From contig OZ361257.1 in assembly GCA_977018835.1 (NCBI GenBank), positions 1,426,001 through 1,490,000 of the forward strand: DNA of 64,000 nucleotides, in the 5' to 3' direction. Under the pieces are notes generated by a model, which worked only from the letters and a program-made list of their open reading frames with translations, did not search any database and was not told the DNA's origin. Positions 57,299 through 64,000 of the stretch are shown piece by piece (within the stretch, counting starts at the first letter, position 1; every line of letters starts with the position of its first letter). Made by a program: the position numbers and the translations under genes. The DNA is from Minutocellus sp. GHC0000111. Taxonomy: Eukaryota.

Positions 57299-58894
57299 TT
57301 AGAAAGACACCCGCCGCTCAAATCGAATACTCTTCTCTCTGAGATCCTGAAGAGAGTTGAGTATCTTTGAATTGATATTAATGTCTCGAGCCGAGTCGCT
57401 CTCTTCCCGTTTCTCTCGTACAGTATGGACTCCATGGCGGAAGCCATCGATGAAATGTTTCGGAGAATATTTCTGCAGCCGTCCCCCGAGGCCGTGAATA
57501 TCATACATATCAGCCAGCATTTCCTCCATACTCAATCCCGGCACCTGTTGACGTGATGGAGGCTGTGCATGTGTCTGGCTGCTATTTTCAGGAAGTGTCA
57601 TGAGAAGATCTTTCTTCATCGAAGCGACAAGGCTCTTTACTTGATGCTCATCCTTAGGGGCGACCAACACATACAAGTCTCCAATCAAGTTGCGAGTTAC
57701 ATCGAAATTTTTGGTAATCTTGTGAAGTACAAGTACAAAGTCTCGTATGTCCCCAGCCTTTGAAAGGCCCGATCCAATCATGAGGCATTCGAATAGTGCA
57801 GACAAAGCAGAAAATTCTTGCTCGACGACTCTTGTGAGGGCCGGCATTCTGTCGGCTATGCCCAAGAAGAATCGCTTCATGAGACGAATATCTCCCTTTA
57901 TTCGCATAACAGCACGCTGAGGATCGATAAAGGCCGGTGTTTTCTTATGAAGCCAATCTTTATGTTGCCGAGCCTTTAGGAGGAGACAGCGGACATAAAA
58001 CACACAAGTTGCAGAGACAAGCGCATCAGCAGTCCTTTTGGCAATGAAATCATTCAAAAGGAAGACTTCAATATCACCAAAAAAGTCCTCGATAGTTCGG
58101 ACAATGGATTTCGCCACCTCGTTTTGTGTAAAATTCTCTTCCCACTCTCTACCAAATAAATCCTTCTCGATTCTTTCACAGATTGGCTCAAAGACATACA
58201 TATGTGTAATTTGGGCGGCATAGACGGCATCAGAGCTATAAAGCGAAGTGAGATCCCTGCATTTCTTCCGAAGCATCAATTTGGCCTTTCGTCGATTCTC
58301 TCGCAGCTGATATCGGTCCAAAGCTCTCGTTACGACCTCTTCGGCCGTCTCCGTCATACCAAAGAAATCATTGGAGGCGGCACAGCAGCTTTCCAGATCC
58401 TGCAGACATCGGTCACGAAAGTGCGTCTGTTTGTATTTGAGAGTGAGGAGTAAAAACTCCATCACGTCCACGATAATGGCATCCCCAGCATCGGTATTGA
58501 CTAGACTTCCGGCCGTTAGATATTCATCAAGAATGGACATGAGCATATCAAACAGCGTGAATAGCTCTGCTCCGAGTGAAGTTGTCAATCTCCCTTCTCT
58601 TGAGCAATATATGGGATGATCGGTTTGGTATGCGTTGGCCAAGCACTCTGATGTCTTGGTGCGGAACTGACTGAGGAACTCATCCGGTGTGACCGTGGCA
58701 ATGGGAACCGACTCGAAGGAAGAGGAAGATGCCAGCGTGCTTAGATCTGCGCCGGCGGGAGTCAAGTCAGTTTGATGGTTGCTACCGGTACTCGTGGGGC
58801 TCGTGCATGTTCCGCCTATATTCCGCGAGCTTTTGGTATCCGAAGAGGATCGCCGAAACTGGAGCTGTCGATGATGACGGTGGCTCATTCTCAT
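57299..58894 (-). CDS. Helical protein resembling the C-terminal part of exocyst Sec6/EXOC3
   Basis: Long intact ORF with Sec6-like segments LESCCAASNDFF, LFGREWE, IVRTIEDFFGDI and FYVRCLL. Family assignment is by eye only. Confidence 0.55.
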   Translation of the reverse strand: MRMSHRHHRQLQFRRSSSDTKSSRNIGGTCTSPTSTGSNHQTDLTPAGADLSTLASSSSFESVPIATVTPDEFLSQFRTKTSECLANAYQTDHPIYCSREGRLTTSLGAELFTLFDMLMSILDEYLTAGSLVNTDAGDAIIVDVMEFLLLTLKYKQTHFRDRCLQDLESCCAASNDFFGMTETAEEVVTRALDRYQLRENRRKAKLMLRKKCRDLTSLYSSDAVYAAQITHMYVFEPICERIEKDLFGREWEENFTQNEVAKSIVRTIEDFFGDIEVFLLNDFIAKRTADALVSATCVFYVRCLLLKARQHKDWLHKKTPAFIDPQRAVMRIKGDIRLMKRFFLGIADRMPALTRVVEQEFSALSALFECLMIGSGLSKAGDIRDFVLVLHKITKNFDVTRNLIGDLYVLVAPKDEHQVKSLVASMKKDLLMTLPENSSQTHAQPPSRQQVPGLSMEEMLADMYDIHGLGGRLQKYSPKHFIDGFRHGVHTVREKREESDSARDININSKILNSLQDLREKSIRFERRVSF

Positions 58895-59274
58895 ATTGGC
58901 TGTGCAGCAGCTGCGATCGCCGTTGGCAATAAATAGCGGCCAATGGAGTATGATGGTCGTGGACTGGCGAGATATGCAGTAATGACTTGACGCGTGGCCT
59001 CGTACGTAGAAGCACGCCGTGTGGTCAAACAAGTGAAGAGTCGCTTGTCACGACGGCACGAGCCTGCCTCGCCTCTCTGCATTCAACGGCCCCCCAAATT
59101 TTGACAGTGTGGCCAACCCAAGAGCCGAGAAAGAGCCGATGATGAGAAAGATTGAAGTGGGCAGGCGTTGATATTTTGCTGCCACAGGATTGAAGACGAA
59201 GAGCGTTGATATCTTCTGCCAGCATATTTGGTTGGCATACGTTTAGTGCATGTAAGCAATCATTCAACAAGTCG

Positions 59275-61919
59275 ATGAAGAACTTCAGTGACTACCTTGA
59301 GCGGGCCATACGCTACGGAACATCACTCGCTGGTGATGATGAGGCAATCAGCCATGCCGATGGGCTGCCATCCCCGCCGGCGCCGGCTACCGATTGGTCA
59401 CCGTACTACGTCAACTACAACATGCTCAAATCACACATTTCATCCTACATGCGACGGAGGGTGAAGCTAGCGGAGCTACTGCGGGATGGGAATCAGGTGT
59501 ATCTAACCGAGGAGGACCTTCGGCTTGTGCTGGCCACGTCAGACGATCTGGATAGCACCGCCGTCCCCGCCGACAGCGCCAGCGATGACGACGTCGTACG
59601 CATGGTAATGACGGACGAGTTGGGACACGGACGTCGAGGTGGCGGCGGCGCCGTTGCTGCAGTCGCTGCCGAAAAGGTACTTGGTTTGGCGGCATGTCAT
59701 GATTACTTTCAGTATGTGGACGAACCCCAAGAGCTCCAGCCTCTGGATCCGGCCGAAGCCGAGCGTCGTCTTTCGCGCGTAGAGCGCTCGAGCTTTACCC
59801 GGCTCCTTGATGCGGAAGTTGAGCGTGCAGCCACTTTTTTCTCGACGCAGCTCGTTTATCTTGCCAAATCTATTGCCGAGCTGGATGGAAGCGAGAGCAA
59901 TCAGCAGACACACGAACAAGAGAAGTACGAGAGCGTCGGAAATGAAATATTGGAACTGCTGGCGTTTGTTGTTACCAATATCATCTGCCTTCGACAAATT
60001 TTGATTCGATACGATGCCTTTGTGGGAACATTTGACGGCCGGCCTTTAGCGCAATGGTATTTCCAGGAAAAGATGGGTGAAAGAGATGGTTCATCTTCAG
60101 ACCACATTGCCGACTTATTCCATCTTGATGCCCTCGTAGGGCTGGAGATGTCATTTGCTACCAAAATGACGGAGAAGTGTGACCTCTCTTCGCCATCGTA
60201 CTTGGAAAACTTTGCGAAGCAAGCTGCTGAGTTTCGGTCCTTGCTGGACAAGACGTCTGTTAGCGTAAGTCGAGCAGCTGGTGGACACATTATAAAACGT
60301 GATCGATTGGTCCACGGAATGAGAACTCTGCAGCATTATTTTTTGCTTGGCTCTGGACTAAGAGGACTTGCCATGGAACCCAAGTTGCTGCTCATGAGGG
60401 GGCGCCACCTCAAAGCGGAGATGAAGCAATGTGCTGAATGGCGAGAGACAAAAGGCCTCGGAAAAGATTAGGGCGAAAAGTTGCACCGAGACAACATCCT
60501 TCCTCTTGCGCTGAATTTGCTGGCCTGTTTGCTCTACATGTTGAACAATTATATCATCGAGCCTAGCGCGGCATATTATGCCGAGGCACTGGGAAGCAGC
60601 GATTCAATGTCAGGGCTAATGATTGGATTGAGCCCGGTGTTTGCAATGATGTCCGCCGTCGGCTATTCGATTTGGACGAATTACAATTACAAATCGCCGA
60701 TCCTCTTTGCATGTTTACTGACATTTGTCGGGAATCTGCTGTATGCCTCGGCGTTGAGTTACAACTCCATGACAATATGCTTGGTAGGCCGCGCTCTGAC
60801 GGGCCTGGGAGCGACAAGAGTCATCAATCGGAGATACGTCGCTGACGCCACCCCTTTTGCACTGCGCACTCCTGCAAATGCGGCCTTTGCTTTGGCCACT
60901 GCGTTGGGAGCCGCACTGGGACCAGCAATGGCTATTGTACTCGCAGACCTTGACTTTGACTTTGCTTTGCCATTCCTTGGACCTCAGACATTCAACGCAA
61001 TGACCGGGCCTGGGTTCCTTATGGCATTACTATGGTTTTTATTTACAATTGTTGCGTCCTTTACATTTACCGAGCCTGTGCGGTCTGGACTCGACGAATT
61101 GAAGAAGCGTGAGTTGTCGGCATCAGCACCGCCACCGGATCAGTTATCCTCTTCGTTAGAACGAGGCAATAGCGATCGAAGCGCTGGCAAAATTGAGGAC
61201 GACCTGGACGAAGGGAATCTTGAAGAAGCAAAGAAAGTAATATCGAATTCGAGCAACAAGGGGTCCGTGAGGCATTGTCTGCGGAACATGACGAAGCCAG
61301 TTGTTGTGACAATGTGCATCATCTTTATGAAACGAGTTGCGCTGGAGTGTCTTGTTGGTTCTACCAGTGTCATAACAAAGAATCGGTATGGTTGGTCTAT
61401 CAAGAATGTCGGAACGCTACATTTTGTGAATGGCATGGTTGTCATTCCGATATCCATCCTATCTGGCTGGTTGTCACAGTTTTACCAGGATCGCTATCTC
61501 ACCTTGCGAATTATGGCCATTACGCTGGTGGGAATGTTCAGTCTCATCGATTTTACCGATTTATTTGGTTCGACCAACGGTAATGATGCCTACAATGAGG
61601 GTGTCCCTTTTGCAATTGGGCCGGTGAGGTACATCATCGGTAGTCTTGTGGCTTTCAGCAGTATTGAAGCCAACGAGAGCAATGTTGCGAGCATGATGAG
61701 CAAAATTTTGCCATCTCAGCTTGCCGTTGGAACATTCAATTCGGGTCTACTAATCAATTTGGTGTCGACATCAGCCAGAGATTTGGAGACATTTTCATCA
61801 CAATTTTGGGCTCGGTGAGCATTCGAAATCTGTTGAATCTTCTCATCATCCCCAGCACCGGCCTTGTCGCCATCAGTATGTTCCTGGTATGGCGGAATTA
61901 CGAGGCGTTTGCTGTGTAG
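59275..61919 (+). pseudogene. SPX-domain MFS phosphate transporter (SPX-MFS/VPT-like); in-frame TAG at 60469-60471 and 1-nt frameshift near 61780
   Basis: SPX motifs MKNF...WSPYYVNYNMLK, FTRLLDAEVERAATFF and FVVTNIICLRQILIRYD. MFS motifs LYMLNNYIIEP, GRALTGLG, INRRYVAD and GTFNSGLL. The two ORFs are in frame across one TAG. The last TM segments (FGDIFITILG...WRNYEAFAV*) lie in another frame. Confidence 0.85.
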
Positions 61920-62892
61920 ATACATATTATGTAAAGTGAATTATTGCATTACCTTTATGGGCCCCCTTTATCTATGATGTAGATCTAGTACTGTGTAGTG
62001 CTGCATCAAAACTATGCATGTAATAAACACCATGAGCGCCCGACAGCCAAAAAAACAGTCACAGGCCCATAACTCGACGAATATTGGCCAGATTCGGAGA
62101 TGAGCCAAAAGATAGCTAAGGACCATGGGATGGTAAAATGGAAGCCGTAGGGGGCAAAAAATTAAATGGGAAGTTTACGGTAAGCATCGTCCATACAGGA
62201 CGGAGGAAGATGCCCTGGCCATCGCCGAAGAGGTTTACTACGCGGTCATTCGCTCTATTTACCGATCGTATTCTCAGGGACATGTTGCGGCCTACATGCA
62301 CTACGGCGGCGGCAACGCTGGGCAGCACCAGCAGCAGCATCTGTACCAGCAGCAGCAGCAGGCTACCAACCATTCGGCGGAGATGATGACCACGCCTCAC
62401 CGCAATGCACGTGCCGCTGCTGCTGGGCCTCGCGGATCTCCTCGTGGTGCGGATGAATTCGATGCTTCGGAGAACGGAGCCAACAAGAATTGACAGCATT
62501 GCCAAGCAATCCACAATTTGGACCGGATGGGCCGGCCGTACAGTAGAGGGCTTGGGAATAGCATTGTCAATAGAAAGTATTACGTAGAAGCTAAGCACAC
62601 TCTGCATAGGAGTCAATTGAGTCACCTATATATGTATGTAACCTATATATATATATATTATGTATGTAGCATGCCACGTCGTACATGATGTAAAAGGAAA
62701 AGGAGGGCACCACCAATAGATCTATCGCATGTGTGGCAACATGACAATGCAGCAGTTTCATTCGTTTGCTCGCCCGATAGCCAATAAATATTACTCGCAA
62801 GGCCATAACTCGACGAATATCGATCGGATTGACCTCAGGGTTGAACAAAAAGAAAATTTACTACCGGTAGGACCAGGGGATAAAAAGGATTC

Positions 62893-62966
62893 AGCCTACT
62901 CGCCGATTCGAACGACGGGCCTTTTCATTACGAATGAAATGCTCTAACCAACTGAGCTAAGCAGGC
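62893..62966 (-). tRNA. tRNA-Thr, anticodon CGT
   Basis: Reverse complement: GCCTGCT-TA-GCTCAGTTGGTTAGAGC-A-TTTCA-TT-CGT-AA-TGAAA-AGGCC-CGTCG-TTCGAAT-CGGCG-AGTAGGC-T. Full cloverleaf, followed by a T5 Pol III terminator at 62882-62886. Confidence 0.93.
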
Positions 62967-63299
62967 AATCATTCGAAGGCGAAATTTCATAATTTATAAA
63001 AATTGGTAAAATACGGTTTTCTGCCACGACATCGACAAGCAAGCAGGACGCCAGCCGCCCACGCTTCATCACTCATCGCGCGCCACGATCGACATACCGT
63101 TGTACCGTCTCTCACACACCCTCCTCGCCCCAACTAGTCAACGCGACCGACCGTGCGCGTACTCCATTCATTTGCACATAGGTGGCCCTGAACTTCCTTG
63201 ATTTGCGATAGTGCTCTCTCTTGTGCCATCACCAACCCTCCCACCCCCCATCACCACTCCCACATCCCACCCCACACTCTCGCCCAACCCCACACCACC

Positions 63300-63819
63300 A
63301 TGGTATTCGTCGGGGGAAAGCTCAGTCTCAAGGGAGACAAGAAGAAAAAGGGCAAAAAGAAAAAGTCGAAATCCAAGCATGACAAGAAGAAGAGCAGTCG
63401 TGACGAAGAGGCGGCAGCGGCTGCCGCAGCGGCCGCAACGACCAACAGCAGCGACGACGACGACGAAGATGAAATGACCGAAGCCGAACGCAAGGCACAG
63501 AAATACAAGCAAAAGGCCGAAAAGAAGGACCTCGAAAAGGCGGCAAAGCAAAGCCATCGGGATCGAGTGGAGGAATTCAGTCAGAAGCTGTCGGAACTGA
63601 CCGAGCTCAACGACATCCCGAGAGTAAGTTTCATGTGCATTCTGTGTTGTCGTGCCCAGATACTTACAGAATTGCATTTCGGAAATAGATTTTTTTGGTG
63701 CTGCATTTCGTAATTTTCATGTGCTCCTGCTCTATATATACTATCGTCAAGATGACACTGACACTCTTCACTGCAATTCTCCACAAACCCAATAGGTCAG
63801 TGCCGCTGGAAATGGATAA
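63300..63819 (+). CDS. FAM32A/DUF1754-like small basic nuclear protein; exons 63300-63623 and 63796-63819
   Basis: MVFVGGKLSLKG, Lys tract, MTEAERK, SHRDRVEEFSQKLSELTELNDIPR|VSAAGNG*. Intron gtaagt...aatag. Confidence 0.85.
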
Positions 63820-64000
63820 ATCCCGTGCCGCACAAGTCGAAAGTTTGGTTGGCCGCGTGCTGTGGGAAGCAAAGCAATTGGGCGAATACTGCATGTGCAG
63901 CTCAACTGGCGAAAAATCTGTGGGAGGACAGACAGTCAGTCCTTGCTTTTTGCTCCAATGTTACTGGCTCGTTTCATGTACATTGTATCGTCCAAAGACT

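Noticed and set aside
9348..60471. Stop-codon reassignment (TAA/TAG read as sense) to explain the in-frame stops
   Set aside because: Intact genes in the window end at TAA and TAG (BUB3, cupin, CRTISO-like, RETSAT-like), in-frame stops are rare, and SPX-MFS carries an independent frameshift.

Overview
Gene-dense eukaryotic nuclear DNA, very probably from a diatom: short GT-AG introns, bipartite plastid presequences (ASAF/VNAF/VDAF-type), RXL pro-peptide motifs, a DNMT5-type methyltransferase and diatom-typical protein families. I can support about 29 protein-coding loci, one tRNA-Thr(CGT), one 2.6-kb TA-flanked DNA-transposon-like insertion and one non-LTR retrotransposon fragment. Family assignments come from motifs I recognise by eye, not database searches. 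Two patterns stand out. (1) About 12 of the ~29 genes are broken, including normally essential ones (EPSP synthase, RFC3, SAC3/GANP, cysteinyl-tRNA synthetase, DNMT5). The lesions include in-frame nonsense codons, multi-base deletions, a micro-inversion and a gene-fusing junction, as well as simple 1-nt indels. This suggests a decaying redundant haplotype or duplicated block, although assembly error must be excluded. (2) Most intergenic spacers carry chains of TA-delimited micro-palindromes (TA-GATC-TA, TA-CATG-TA, TA-CCGG-TA, TA-GGCC-TA, TA-GC-TA). The 2.6-kb element sits in a site that becomes a perfect 32-bp palindrome of such units once the element is removed, which suggests serial transposon insertion/excision footprints.
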